Shown in pieces: positions 49,703 to 62,608 of a stretch of 64,000 bases of DNA (positions are counted from its first letter, which is position 1; each line of letters begins with the position of its first letter). Position numbers and translations under genes: made by a program. A model generated the notes under the pieces. That model worked only from the letters and a program-made list of their open reading frames with translations. It had not been told where the DNA came from and ran no database searches. This DNA comes from Octopus bimaculoides (lineage: Eukaryota): positions 66,233,561 to 66,297,560 of the forward strand of contig NC_068989.1 in the NCBI RefSeq assembly GCF_001194135.2. The letters are read 5' to 3'.

Positions 49703-49994
49703 CAGGTTTTGTATATCAAACCCAAGTTGTTATATTTCATTTATTTATCCACATAGTTACCTCTGTATACATATGTATGTGTATGTGTGTGTGTGCGTGC
49801 GTACGTGTGCGTGCGTACGTGTGCGTGCGTACGTGTGCGTGCATCATGAGAATGTATATATATGTATATACGGACGTGCATTCGTCTCTGTTCTTGTCTC
49901 CATCCACAAATGTCACTTTACAATTGGAGATTTTTTTTTATCATTACGTTCTGTGACTTAACAGTTCGGAAAAGACACTGAATGGATAAATTCC

Positions 49995-50671
49995 AGTCGT
50001 AGGAAGAAAAATAAATACTGAGGTCGATTTGATCGACTAAAGCTTTTAAGGAGGTCTCCCATCGACTTCAGTACTTGACTGGTCTTTATTTTATCGACAC
50101 CGAAAGGATGAAAAGTAATCTTCACCTTGGCGGCATTTGAACTCAGCATAAAGAGCCGGAAGAAATACTGCTAAGCATTTTGTCCAACGCGCTAACCACT
50201 GTGCCATTTACCCACCTTAGTGTAATAATAGATAATCTTTTCTACTATAGGCACAAGGTGTGAAATTTTGGGGGAAGGGTAAGTCGATCGCATCGACCCC
50301 AGTACTTGACTGGTACTTATTTTATCCATCCCGAAAGGATAAAAGGTAAAGTCGACCTCGGAGGAATTTGAACTCGGAACGAAAAGATGGACGAAATACC
50401 ACCTAGCGTTTCGCCCGGCGTGCTAACGATTCTGCCAGCTCGCCGCCTTAATGTAATACCAGATAATAATTTCAAATTTTGGCACAAGGCCAACAAATTT
50501 ATGAGAAAGGGGTAAGTCGATTACTTCAATCCTAGTGCACAACTGATACTCGTTTTCTCGGCCCCGAATGATAAAAGGCAAAGTCGACTTCAACGGCATT
50601 TGAACTCAGAATGTAAAGACGAAGAAATAGATTATCTGGCGTTCTAACAAGCCTACCGGCTCGCCACCTAA
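49995..50671 (-). mobile_element. Three tandem SINE group B copies
   Basis: Repeated ggcatttgaactcag / ggaatttgaactcgg motif near 50135, 50365, 50600. Confidence 0.9.
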
Positions 50672-50744
50672 ATTGTAACACTAAATAATACTGAATGCTA
50701 AATTTCACTAAATGATATAATGCAAGACGGAAATCTAACTAGGT

Positions 50745-51110
50745 TACGAAATGTATCCCGTATGTTTTGTTAGGAGAGGCAGTTATAACTAAGATTATTT
50801 TAATTTTAGTACATCATTACTACTCATCTAATAAGCTGACCTGCCAAATTTCATCCCAGATTGAACGAGATCGCTCTAACAGCCCTTTGAACGCACCCCA
50901 CTAAACACTGCTAGTCACGGCTGAACTTTGCAAAATGCAGTCGGGATATGAAGACAATTTGGAAACTTGCTATGCTATAAAGTTTTAAACTGAATAAAAA
51001 CGCTACAGAAATTTATGAAATGCTCCAGATTGCTTATAGATTAACTCGTACGTACAAAATTTAATGTGGGTATATGTTTTATATTTTCAAGACCAAGGTC
51101 GAACCTTGAT
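50745..51110 (+). mobile_element. Mariner 5'-end remnant (copy 2, same family as 22603)
   Basis: tacgaaatgtatccc TIR-like end; shared gaggcagttataac, tacatcattac, ccagattgaa; reads ..CYAIKF..NATEIYEMLQIAY across a frameshift. Confidence 0.72.
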
Positions 51111-51154
51111 CGGGCTCTATAGAGATAAACGAAATCGTGATATATCAACGGTTT

Positions 51155-51607
51155 CAAATTTTGATACAAGGCCAGCAATTTCGGGGGGATGGAGAGCTAG
51201 TCGATTACATCGACCCCAGTGTTCAACTGGTACTTATTTTATCGATCTCAAGAAGATGAAAGACAAAGTCAACCTCGGCGGAATTTGAACTCAGAACATA
51301 AAGACGGATGGAATGTTGCTGAGCTTTTTGCCTGGGGTGCTAACGATTCTGCCAGCTCGCCACCTTTAAAACCGTGGTATAATAACCGCTTCTGCAATAA
51401 GCACAAGGCCTGAAATTTTGTGGGTGGGTGTGGAGAAACTAGTCGATTACATATATCCCAGTGCTCGAGCGGTACTTATCTTATCGATCCCGAAAGGATA
51501 AAAGGCAAAGTCGACCTCGGCGGAATTTGAACTCAGAACACAAAGATGGATGGAATGCTGCTGCGCACTTTGCCCGGCGTGCTAACGAGTCTGCCAACTC
51601 GCCACAT
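51155..51607 (-). mobile_element. Two tandem SINE group B copies
   Basis: aagtcaacctcggcggaatttgaactcagaac and aagtcgacctcggcggaatttgaactcagaac. Confidence 0.9.
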
Positions 51608-51899
51608 TTAAAACCATGATATTCTACAGCCATCGAAGGAGTTTCTACATGGTATCTAGACTTGCGAGAGACTAGAACTAAATCTTTTTCAAATCGTGCC
51701 CAACCACCTAAAAGTTTAAAGGAAGCATTTATTAATGTAGCCCTGCAATGCTCGCGAGGACAACTTAATGATCGTAGTTGTAAACTCTTGTATAGGTCAG
51801 TTTCAGCTTATAATGACCTTGGGTAGCCTCCGCTGCCCACAGACACAGAACTGGAAATCTGTAAAGAAAGGGATACAGCTGATTAACTCAACCTCAGTA

Positions 51900-51903
51900 C
51901 AGC

Positions 51904-51940
<37 letters not shown>

Positions 51941-51964
51941 ACGATAGCAGCAGCAGCTTATGTT

Positions 51965-51998
<34 letters not shown>

Positions 51999-52044
51999 CA
52001 GCAGNNNNNNNNNNGTAGTAACGATAGCAGCAGCAGCTTATGTT

Positions 52045-52078
<34 letters not shown>

Positions 52079-52155
52079 CAGCAGCAGCAGCAGAAGTAGT
52101 AGTAGTAGTAGTAGTTGCTGTTGTTGTTCATTCTGTAACAGTAGCAGTAGCAGTT

Positions 52156-52207
<52 letters not shown>

Positions 52208-52295
52208 CAGCAGCAGCAGTAGTAGTAGTAGTAGTAGTAGTAGTAGTCGTTCATGTCGTAACAGCAACGGCAGTAGCAGCAGCAGCAGTAGTGTT
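51900..52295. repeat. (GTA)n/(GCA)n microsatellite
   Basis: Direct reading; the block gtagtaacgatagcagcagcagcttatgttg occurs on both sides of a 10-N gap, likely an assembly overlap. Confidence 0.93.
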
Positions 52296-53181
52296 GGTTA
52301 TTTTATGAAACTCGGTGAACATTAAAATAAACCCGAGCACGATTCGAACTCAGAACATGAAACTTAAATACATCAAGGCTTGCATCTGGAAGATCTACTA
52401 TTTCCAACCCAACATGGTTTACATGGTTTTCGAAAACCAAAAATTGGATATTAACGTGTAACATATTACCATCGTCGCCACCGAGGCACCGAAATCTAAA
52501 AGAATACGCAGATAATTTTACTGATATATATATTCTTTCAGAAAATATATATATTTCTCCCGCGGTGAATGATGTAATATGTCGAAGCGATCAATGATGG
52601 CGACGCTTTTTATGATAATCTGATTGTTACATCAACAATGACAACACTAGTATCACCTGCATAAAAGTAATCGATAATTTGCTTTAATATATTCGCTAAG
52701 GAATCTTTGTTAAAAACAATCCGAATGTGAACTTTCAGTGAATACTAAGCTCTAAAATTCTTCAGTTTTTCTTTACATGCGGTTCCTTGAAATCGTGTTT
52801 TGCTATCGTGTGTGTGTGTGTGTGTGGATGTGTGTTTGGGGGAGCGCACGCGCCTATCTATCTATCCATCAGTGTACCTGTTTATATGACTTAGCTGGCC
52901 GAAACTTCGAATTCACTGTCACTACTATTCTATTTAAAGAAGACATTTGTATTCTGCAAAAGTATGCGGTAATCCTTCAGGTTAATGTAAAATTGCTTTT
53001 CTTATAACTGAACATAAAAAATATATATATAAGTATGTGTATGTGTCTATGTGTGTATACATATGTATATATATATATATNNNNNNNNNNNNNNNNNNNN
53101 NNNNNNNNNNNNNNNNNNNATATGCGTGTGTATGTATATATACATTGGTAGATATATATATATGTATGTATGTATATATTG

Positions 53182-53218
<37 letters not shown>

Positions 53219-53283
53219 CATACATACATTGAAAGAGGGAGAGAGTGGAAAGAGGAATCCTTTTCATTAGGCTTGTGACAAAC

Positions 53284-53356
53284 CTCACAAATTCTGTCAT
53301 GTCTTGAACTAAATTGATGTAGCGACTTAACAGTCTTTCATAAAGCTCTCTCTGTT
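53284..53356 (-). CDS. Candidate internal exon ((E)QRELYERLLSRYINLVQDMTEFV)
   Basis: Acceptor tatgcttctag, donor GAG|gtttgt, 73 nt, phase 1 to 2, amphipathic-helix-like translation. Confidence 0.42.
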
Positions 53357-53414
53357 CTAGAAGCATACATTTGTTATTTCTTTGAAGCGATGTTTTTTTC
53401 GTAAGTTCTGTTAC

Positions 53415-53465
53415 CTGGAATTTTAGAAACTTGTACTATAGTCTCCGGTATTAACGAAGGAGTCA
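53415..53465 (-). CDS. Candidate internal exon ((L)TPSLIPETIVQVSKIP)
   Basis: Acceptor tatttgtag (alternative gcttcag at 53478), donor CAG|gtaaca, phase 1-1; implies a short 58-nt intron. Confidence 0.33.
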
Positions 53466-54536
53466 CTACAAATACATGCTGAAGCATATATAAATTGAAA
53501 GTTTATACACACTAGCTGATGCAATACATTTTCTTTCTGTTTTTTGTTTTTGTTTTTTGTTTTTTCTTATGGAGAGAAATATCAGTTGGTAATCCGAAAT
53601 ATATAATCTAATTCGCGCTTACATTGAATCTATGTCAGTATAACGCTGTAAAACTCCTCGAATCTAGCTGTCATCTCATTTTCTTTATTGGCCTCTGTTG
53701 CTAAAATCTAAACACATCTGCAGCGAAAGTTTCATGCTGCTATATTCATAGTATGATGCACAGATTTACAGTTTGATTTCGTTGTGAGCCGCTCTTATGA
53801 CATCACTTTTCGAGTCAATTATTGCACCATTTAGTTAATCTGTTGAGAGACACAAGGGTCAGCAGCTGAGCAAATGTCATCACTTCCTACACTAATAAGC
53901 ACGAAAGCCATCTCGTTGATCTAGTCATCCAAACTTGTACAAAAAGAGACTACTTCTTCAACTGTTCTAACGTATCTCTAGTAGACCGATGCTATATTAA
54001 CAGGCGTCTCTGGTCTATGATGTAGAGGAACTCGGTGTAGTTATTGGACATACAGTCCAGCCAAGTGTGACATGGCATGCCGCCGTAACACCGAGAAATA
54101 GTTTTGCTAGTTGATTCTCAACCGAAAAAGCAGTGATGGACAGCAGCCCTGCAAACGAGGATATCAGATTAACTGAGAAATCATCAGCTCAGATACTGCT
54201 AAGCAGAACAACGATCACACCTCCAACTAGGACAGCTGCGACTGAGGTCACACAAGAACCACAGCAAGCTCAACTAACCATATTTTACCCAACAACTAAG
54301 TTACAAGACCTTTCCAAAGCCAACTGCTTACACCAAAGGTACTGGATTTTTATTTCAATGTGCATACTTCCTTTCTCACAAGAACGTGCCGTATACAAAC
54401 ATACACACACGTATGTGCACTCATGCGTATACATATAGATAGATAGGTAGATATATACTGAGATAGATAATGAGAGAGAGTGGGAGAGAGACAGACAGAC
54501 AGACAGACATAGATAGATAGATGTGCATCTGGATAG

Positions 54537-54960
54537 ACACTATGACGGTGACGTCGTCCGCGTATGCAGACACGCTCGTCCCGCATCCCAATTCTCGCGG
54601 GATGCCCCTCAGCGTCGCCAGCTTCTGCAGTAGTGGCTCGAGAGTCAATACGTACAGAAGCGACGAAAGGGGGCATCCCTGACGGACCGAACATGCAATG
54701 TCAAAGGTCTCGATAGATGTCCATTTACTCAAATTATCGAACGGATGCCTCTGTACAAAGCAGCTATTCAGCCTCGGAAGAGGGACCGAAACCAGCCGCT
54801 ATTAGGACAGCCTCCAAGTATCGATTGTCTATCCTATCGAAAGCTTTGGATTGATCCAAGTTGGTCAGGGCCCCACCCATTCCAGGTTCCTTAACTACCC
54901 TGTCTATGATGTAGCGCATCAGATGGAGGTTGATCAGTTTTAATCTATAGTCTTGTTTAT
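54537..54960 (-). mobile_element. L1/Tx1-clade non-LTR retrotransposon RT fragment
   Basis: Reads HLMRYIIDRV..LDQSKAFDRID..AAGFGP..SVRQGCPLSSLLYVLTLEPLL..AYADDVTV with frameshifts. Confidence 0.9.
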
Positions 54961-55339
54961 CAAATCTTTGTATATCAAAAATCTAAGGCCAAGGAACAAG
55001 GAGCAGTGTCTGTTAGGAAGGGAGCTGATAGTGTCGACGAAAATCATAGTTGGTACAGTCAATGAGATTTGGTAAAGGACACCTTAAATCAAGATGTTAA
55101 CTCTCAGTTAAAGGGGCAAGACTCTAGTAAACCAATGATGATAATACAGGGGAAATTTTATCATGGGAAACTATGTTATATTGTATAAAGTTAAAATTTA
55201 GGGTTATCATGTATTTATGTAGCTGAGGATTGCTCTGCTTTTAAATTGATGTAATGGTTGTATTGTTCAATGAAATGGAGTCGCTTGAAACGATCTACTG
55301 CATTACCTCTGGATATCCTGTTGCTTATTTTGATTTTAC

Positions 55340-55466
<127 letters not shown>

Positions 55467-55924
55467 GATGAACCAGAAGCGATAAGTTACAGGAACCAAT
55501 ACAAATGTGCAGTATTCTTTTATACATTGTAACTGAAAGGCTGACGAAGTCGATATTATACAGCGCCTGGGTTGAATCAAACAGCAATCACGAACCTAAA
55601 ATATATATCAGGGCACAGAACTCATATTCAACAACCATTATTACAAACACAAACATCCATTTAACAACCCCGATAGAAAATGTGCTGCGGCTTTGTCGAA
55701 GTTTATATGATTCTTGCGTGAGAAAAGTCATTATGAAGTTAAAATTACCTGATGTAGTGTAGATAGTGCGCAACTATACAGGAACAGGAATTTTAAATCA
55801 CAGTTTAGTGTAGCCTTTGTTTGAGCGAAAAATTGAGAATTTTTACTCAAGACAGTAATAGTTTGAACAAAATGTGAGCTGTCAGCGCCTTGTATGCATG
55901 CGGTTAAGTACCATTTCTGTAAAA

Positions 55925-56530
55925 GATACTGCGAAACCTGGACTCTATACTGTCATGACATCCAAAAATTAGAAAACTTTCACCATAAAGCTTCGCTCAG
56001 TTTTGATCTTCAAATAGGAACACTATGTGACCAGCAATAAAGTCCTGAAAAGAGCCATCAACCAAAGAATAGAATCGCTGATAATGATACACTTCGATGA
56101 TCAGAACGTAGCAAGAATGGAAGAGTCAAGGTTCCCACGCCAAATCTTATTCAGCGAGCTCACTTCAGAGAAAAGACCACGGGACTGCCCTCTTCGAAGA
56201 TACAAGGAGCAACTCAAAACAACTCTGAAAGCCACTGAACTTAACCCTAAATCGTTTGAAACACAGACCTGAGACCGTAACAAGTGGTGGTGCTCCATCA
56301 CCATCGGAACCAAAAACTTCTAAACCACCAAAAGAGAAAAGGAAGAAATCGAACGGTAGAAGAGAAAGGCTAGACAAAATCAAACTCGTCCTCCACCAAC
56401 ATTACCAGGCAGTCAATGCCATCGACTCTTCTATGCAAGAATTGAACTACTTAGTCATCAACACATTCACCATAAAGGAAGCGTTCAGCAATAAAAAAAC
56501 TAAATTCTCGAACACGCGATAAAGCCGATT
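55925..56530 (+). mobile_element. RTE-clade LINE 3' fragment with a single degenerate C2H2-like finger
   Basis: CETWTLY..LENFH..RMEESRFPRQILFSEL..RRYKEQLK..DRNKW..QCHRLFYARIELLSHQHIH. Confidence 0.85.
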
Positions 56531-57276
56531 ACGATACACATATATATAAGGAGGAGAAGACGGGTGACTATAATGAGGATGATGATAAATATAATCTATT
56601 TAGTAGTGCTGTCAATAGCTACATAACATATATAGAACCATACCATGCTTATGTACACTACTACACAATGTCCACTATATAGTATATAATATATTCTATA
56701 TTTAATTATACAAAGCGTTTTAGACTACTTACTGAATTTTCATTGAAAATTCTTGAGTATAATCATATTCATATGTGAAACCCGAATAATACCAATGTAG
56801 ATAAGTATTTTATGGAATACTTTTACATTTTGTTAGTTTAAATATATGACCTTATCAAGGCTAGCTATATTTTCAATATTGATAGTAGCATACATTAGCG
56901 GGTTTTAAAATAAGAAAGCTATTGTTATTTTTGTTTAAAACCTATTACAATGCAAGTGTTTCTTTTATATTTTCTTTGCTTAAATCATTGAAATTTAACA
57001 ATAGAAAATATTGGTAGGTTGCAGACATGTAAAAATGATACCATAGATATGAAATCTTTGCTTGAATGCTAGTATACTCAGGTGATTATAGATAATCAAA
57101 TCATGACAGTTGATATTGTAAATTTTGTTGATGCACATGTTATATATTATTCTTTAATAAATACTTTCTATTCAGTTTTTATTTTCTGAGTTCTTTACAT
57201 TCTCTTAAAGGTGTTTGTGGTCATCATTAGAAAATGTAGGCAGCTTACAATGTTTATGATTTGAACAACGTCTTAC

Positions 57277-57337
57277 AAAATATACATTTGATTTTAAGCA
57301 ACAATTCTTCATTGATTTTTCTCTTCAATAGATGTCG
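57277..57337 (-). CDS. Candidate internal exon (RHLLKRKINEELLLKIKCIF)
   Basis: Acceptor aactatttcag, donor TTT|gtaaga, 61 nt, phase 0 to 1, only one open frame. Confidence 0.36.
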
Positions 57338-57810
57338 CTGAAATAGTTCTTCTTTGTTACCGCACACTTCAGAACGAAATAGTGTTACAACCATAATTTT
57401 ATGCGTTGATGCTTAATATAAATTCAGTGAAACTAATAATGTAATTGAAAATGTTTCTGTATAAATATGAAAACATTACTAAAACAATCAAACTTATGTT
57501 CAATATGAATACGTCGTGGTTAAGCTTGAATTCTATATGCAGTGTCAAATTTTTACCTTTGAGATTTAAATCTTAACAAATTTCAGTATGTTAGTGCTTC
57601 TTATTCACGACAAGTACCAAACATAGTCTTGTTAAATGTCAATTTGAAAGAAACAAAGAAAATTTCTTCAAATATTTAACACCACAGAAATAAAAGCTAT
57701 ATATTACTATAAAAGATCATTTTATGTATGTGCGGATATATGCGTGTGTATGTTTGTGTGTGTGCATGAGTGTATTTATGCATGTGTGTATGGTTGTATG
57801 TATATATGCA

Positions 57811-57973
57811 TGTAGGAGTGGTTGTGTGGTAAGTAGCTTGCTTACCAACCACATGGTTCCGGGTTCATTCCCACTGCGTGGCACCTTGGGCAAGTGTCTT
57901 CTACTATAGCCTCGGGCCGACCAAAGCCTTGTGAGTGGATTTGGTAGACAGAAACTGAAAGAAGCCTGTCGTA

Positions 57974-57975
<2 letters not shown>
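57811..57975 (+). mobile_element. SINE group A 5' half running into a gap
   Basis: Near-consensus head gtaggagtggttgtgtggtaagtagcttgc. Confidence 0.92.
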
Positions 57976-58008
<33 letters not shown>

Positions 58009-58775
58009 NNNNNNNNNNNNNNNNNNNNNNNNNNNNNNNNNNNNNNNNNNNNNNNNNNNNNNNNNNNNNNNNNNNNNNNNNNNNNNNNNNNNNNNNNNNN
58101 NNNNNNNNNNNNNNNNNNNNNNNNNNNNNNNNNNNNNNNNNNNNNNNNNNNNNNNNNNNNNNNNNNNNNNNNNNNNNNNNNNNNNNNNNNNNNNNNNNNN
58201 NNNNNNNNNNNNNNNNNNNNNNNNNNNNNNNNNNNNNNNNNNNNNNNNNNNNNNNNNNNNNNNNNNNNNNNNNNNNNNNNNNNNNNNNNNNNNNNNNNNN
58301 NNNNNNNNNNNNNNNNNNNNNNNNNNNNNNNNNNNNNNNNNNNNNNNNNNNNNNNNNNNNNNNNNNNNNNNNNNNNNNNNNNNNNNNNNNNNNNNNNNNN
58401 NNNNNNNNNNNNNNNNNNNNNNNNNNNNNNNNNNNNNNNNNNNNNNNNNNNNNNNNNNNNNNNNNNNNNNNNNNNNNNNNNNNNNNNNNNNNNNNNNNNN
58501 NNNNNNNNNNNNNNNNNNNNNNNNNNNNNNNNNNNNNNNNNNNNNNNNNNNNNNNNNNNNNNNNNNNNNNNNNNNNNNNNNNNNNNNNNNNNNNNNNNNN
58601 NNNNNNNNNNNNNNNNNNNNNNNNNNNNNNNNNNNNNNNNNNNNNNNNNNNNNNNNNNNNNNNNNNNNNNNNNNNNNNNNNNNNNNNNNNNNNNNNNNNN
58701 NNNNNNNNNNNNNNNNNNNNNNNNNNNNNNNNNNNNNNNNNNNNNNNNNNNNNNNNNNNNNNNNNNNNNNNNNNN

Positions 58776-58817
<42 letters not shown>

Positions 58818-59380
58818 TGTGTGATAATCTTATAGTGTACTTTCCAAAGCTCCTTTCCGGGTATCTGGGTATCGGCTACCAAATGTTATCATAAAGTAGG
58901 ACTTCTGTTACTGGCTATACATGTGAGAACCGAAAATATCCATAGAATATAAACAAACAAATCTTAATACGAGAAAATAGATTGAACAGACTTTATCACA
59001 AATCACTACAATTGTTTCAATGCTTCATTATCAGCTATATGTTGCTGGATGTTCCATAAATTGTACTCCACGTTGTATTGATATGATTCAACAAAAGCTA
59101 TATTCATGCGCATCCTCGAGTGACCAGAGTCAAAGCACTACTGTATTATCTTTAGGTGATGCACATATACCTACACAAAAAACTATTCTTAATATTCCAC
59201 CAACAAAGAGGAATAAGGAAATACAGAGAGGTACAAAGAGAAAAAAAAACAAAAGCAAATTAAGGGAAATAAAAAAAAAGAAAGAATAAAGAAATCGTAT
59301 ATTCATTTCGATTTTTAATCACATTCTTGTTTAGAATTTTAGGAAAATAAAAAAGAACATTTAAAGAAAAGATTCTCATA

Positions 59381-59788
59381 TAGGCGTAGGAGTGGCTGTG
59401 TGGTAAGTAGCTTGCTTACCAATCACTTGGTTCCCGGTTCAGTCCCACTGCGTGGCACCTTGGGCAAGTGTCTTCTACTATAGCCTCGGGCCGACCAAAG
59501 CCTTGTGAGTGAATTTGGTAGACGGAAACTGAAAGAAGCCCGTCGTATATATGTATATATATGTATGTGTGTGTATATGTTTGTGTGTCTGTGTTTGTCC
59601 CCCAGCATCGCTTGACAACCGATGGTGGTCTGTTTACGTCCCCGTAACTTAGCGGTTCGGCAAAAGAGACCGATAGAATAAGAACTAGGCTTCCAAAGAA
59701 TAAGTCCTGGGGTCGATTTGCTCGACTAAAAGGCGGTGCTCCAGCATGGCCGCAGTCAAATGACTGAAACAAGAAAAAGAGTAAAGAG
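59381..59788 (+). mobile_element. SINE group A, full length, young
   Basis: Complete head-to-tail near-consensus copy. Confidence 0.95.
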
Positions 59789-60347
59789 TATAAAATGATA
59801 ACCTTTAAAATAACCGTCCCTTGAGTCTGTTACCGTTCCACTTCAAAGAAAACCAGTTCAGTTCCTCAGCAGAATACCAAAATCTGTTACCTTATAGCTT
59901 TAATTTTAAATAGGAGGAATTTCAACCATGTTTCGTGGTCTGCTACCACAACAGCTCCTCTATAGGATCCAGTTAGCTCAAGACATCATCAAGAGGAACC
60001 ACGTCCGGTTTCGGCCCCTACTCCTCTACCATTTTGACGTGGCGGGGCCACCCCCTTTCGGAGGTGTCTTCAGCTCTGGTGTTGGATGCATGTCTTCTTT
60101 CACTGTTTGTGACTGTTCTAATTCAACTCTGGAATGTCCCTCGCTATGGTTATTTTCCAGGAGATTCTGGCCACACGTCTTACGGTTCATCAACCCGCGT
60201 TGTTGAATTACTTTCATCTGACATACCTTACTCTGTTGCTTTTCAAGTCTTTAAAAGATGCTATTGAACTAACAAATTTACTTGCAGACACACGTACATA
60301 TACATTTATTTAACGCTGATGCACTTATATGTATATATACAAACATA

Positions 60348-60797
60348 TTTATCTCCACTTAAACTTGGATGTTCCGTTAGAACAAACTATGCTGCAGTAG
60401 TTACCATGAAATAAACTCTCACATTAGCTTTTGGTGCAAAATGCACCCTTGTTTATATCGCTAGCGGGGAGTTAAATTCCTACCATTTCCAGCACCGAGA
60501 CCCACAGATCACATGATTTCAAAATTTCTTGGAACTTGCCAATGATGGACGCTCGACCACTAGAGTTACAGCGATTCATCTCTCTAGCGGTCGAGCGTCC
60601 ATCATTACAAGACAATGGAAGGTCGAGATAATGTCATCGGGTGATTTCGCCGGTGAACGTGGCGGAGATTTATCTTGCCGCTAGAGATATAAACAAGAAT
60701 GCGTTTTGCACCAAAAGCCATTACGAAGGTACCTTTCATAGTAATTACCGCAGTACATTTTGTTCTAAAAGAACATCCACGCTTAAGTGAGAATAAA
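60348..60797. mobile_element. Foldback/MITE-like element with about 120-bp arms, TA flanks and an internal 25-bp hairpin
   Basis: 60345-60467 versus reverse complement of 60678-60800: 97/123 ungapped; inner hairpin 60541-60565 / 60582-60606: 24/25. Confidence 0.88.
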
Positions 60798-60830
60798 TAT
60801 TACCTTTCGGTATTAATGCTGCTTCTGTCT

Positions 60831-61015
60831 CTCTTTTACTGCTGGAGCACCGCCTTTTAGTCGAGCAAATCGACCCCAGGACTTATTCTTTGGAAGCCTA
60901 GTACTTATTCTATCGGTCTCTTTTGCCGAAGCGCTAAGTTACGGGGACGTAAACACACCACCATCGGTTGTCAAGTAATGCTGGGGGGGGGACAAACACA
61001 GACACACAAACATAT

Positions 61016-61030
<15 letters not shown>
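60831..61030 (-). mobile_element. SINE group A 3' half, inverted relative to the 59381 copy
   Basis: gctggagcaccgccttttagtcgagcaaatcgacccc.. Confidence 0.92.
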
Positions 61031-61047
<17 letters not shown>

Positions 61048-62608
61048 GAGAGACAGACAGACAGACAGACAGANNNNNNNNNNNNNNNNNNNNNNNNNNN
61101 NNNNNNNNNNNNNNNNNNNNNNNNNNNNNNNNNNNNNNNNNNNNNNNNNNNNNNNNNNNNNNNNNNNNNNNNNNNNNNNNNNNNNNNNNNNNNNNNNNNN
61201 NNNNNNNNNNNNNNNNNNNNNNNNNNNNNNNNNNNNNNNNNNNNNNNNNNNNNNNNNNNNNNNNNNNNNNNNNNNNNNNNNNNNNNNNNNNNNNNNNNNN
61301 NNNNNNNNNNNNNNNNNNNNNNNNNNNNNNNNNNNNNNNNNNNNNNNNNNNNNNNNNNNNNNNNNNNNNNNNNNNNNNNNNNNNNNNNNNNNNNNNNNNN
61401 NNNNNNNNNNNNNNNNNNNNNNNNNNNNNNNNNNNNNNNNNNNNNNNNNNNNNNNNNNNNNNNNNNNNNNNNNNNNNNNNNNNNNNNNNNNNNNNNNNNN
61501 NNNNNNNNNNNNNNNNNNNNNNNNNNNNNNNNNNNNNNNNNNNNNNNNNNNNNNNNNNNNNNNNNNNNNNNNNNNNNNNNNNNNNNNNNNNNNNNNNNNN
61601 NNNNNNNNNNNNNNNNNNNNNNNNNNNNNNNNNNNNNNNNNNNNNNNNNNNNNNNNNNNNNNNNNNNNNNNNNNNNNNNNNNNNNNNNNNNNNNNNNNNN
61701 NNNNNNNNNNNNNNNNNNNNNNNNNNNNNNNNNNNNNNNNNNNNNNNNNNNNNNNNNNNNNNNNNNNNNNNNNNNNNNNNNNNNNNNNNNNNNNNNNNNN
61801 NNNNNNNNNNNATATATATATATATATATATACACATTTGGTTGTACTACACTGACGAAGAAAAAAAGGGGTTTCCCCTTAATCCTGAAATCAATTGATA
61901 TGTAATTGAACTTTGTCATGAAACTTTTTCGTTTATTTGCCCAAGTTAAGAGAGTGTTTATTGTGATATTTTACGGTAGTTTAGAGATATTTGGCGTCCT
62001 TCTTTCAGCATGTGGCTTGGCCCGTATACTTATTCGCTTGCCCTGAATATAAATTTACACACACACACACACACATATATATATGAGAGACAGACAGACA
62101 GACAGACAGACAGAAACAGAGGCAGAGAGAAACATACATATGTGTATGTACGTATGCACACAGACATGCATACATGTAGAGCAGAAACTCCTAAATCAGC
62201 TAAGATATCGGCAACCCTTTAAAATGTTATCGATGTTGGATACTAGCGTAGCAAATTGATTGCGGATGTAAGTATAACATCAAGTGGTTCGTAGAAGCCA
62301 TACTGAAATCATATTATCTGTTTCACTTTTACTAACTGGTTCCAGTCGTTGAGCTTCGACCATGCTAAGTAGAGCACAGCTTTCAAAGGTTTAGACGATC
62401 AAAACCGCTTTCCTATCCACCTCAGTCCCTTATACAATGCTTAAGCTGTCATTGCAGCTATATAGTATATCTGTATAGCTTTTTGATTTATTGTTCCTAT
62501 TTATTCCACTATATCAATATGCCGTACTTGTGTCTTTCTATATCGCTATTTGAGGTGTTGTGACAATTTATCTTCCTGTCTAACTTTATTACTTTTCTCC
62601 TTATTTAC

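Noticed and set aside
53830-54340. Coding-like GC-richer segment next to the L1/Tx1 RT fragment (possible ORF1 remnant)
   Set aside because: No motif recognisable in any frame, and I did not establish its orientation relative to the minus-strand RT fragment.
59020-59289. 89-aa plus-strand ORF / possible 121-nt exon
   Set aside because: Weak donor, no recognisable domain, and antisense to the better candidate gene.
59915-60095. GC-rich segment with gaaacatg, gaaaccgg and ctgaaga..acgtc on the minus strand (possible decayed hammerheads)
   Set aside because: Core and stems never co-occur in the right order; too degenerate to call.
60422-60723. Apparent 5-bp TSD (catta) around a 41-bp-TIR MITE
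   Set aside because: The inverted repeat continues about 80 bp further out on both sides, so the catta match is internal and probably coincidental.
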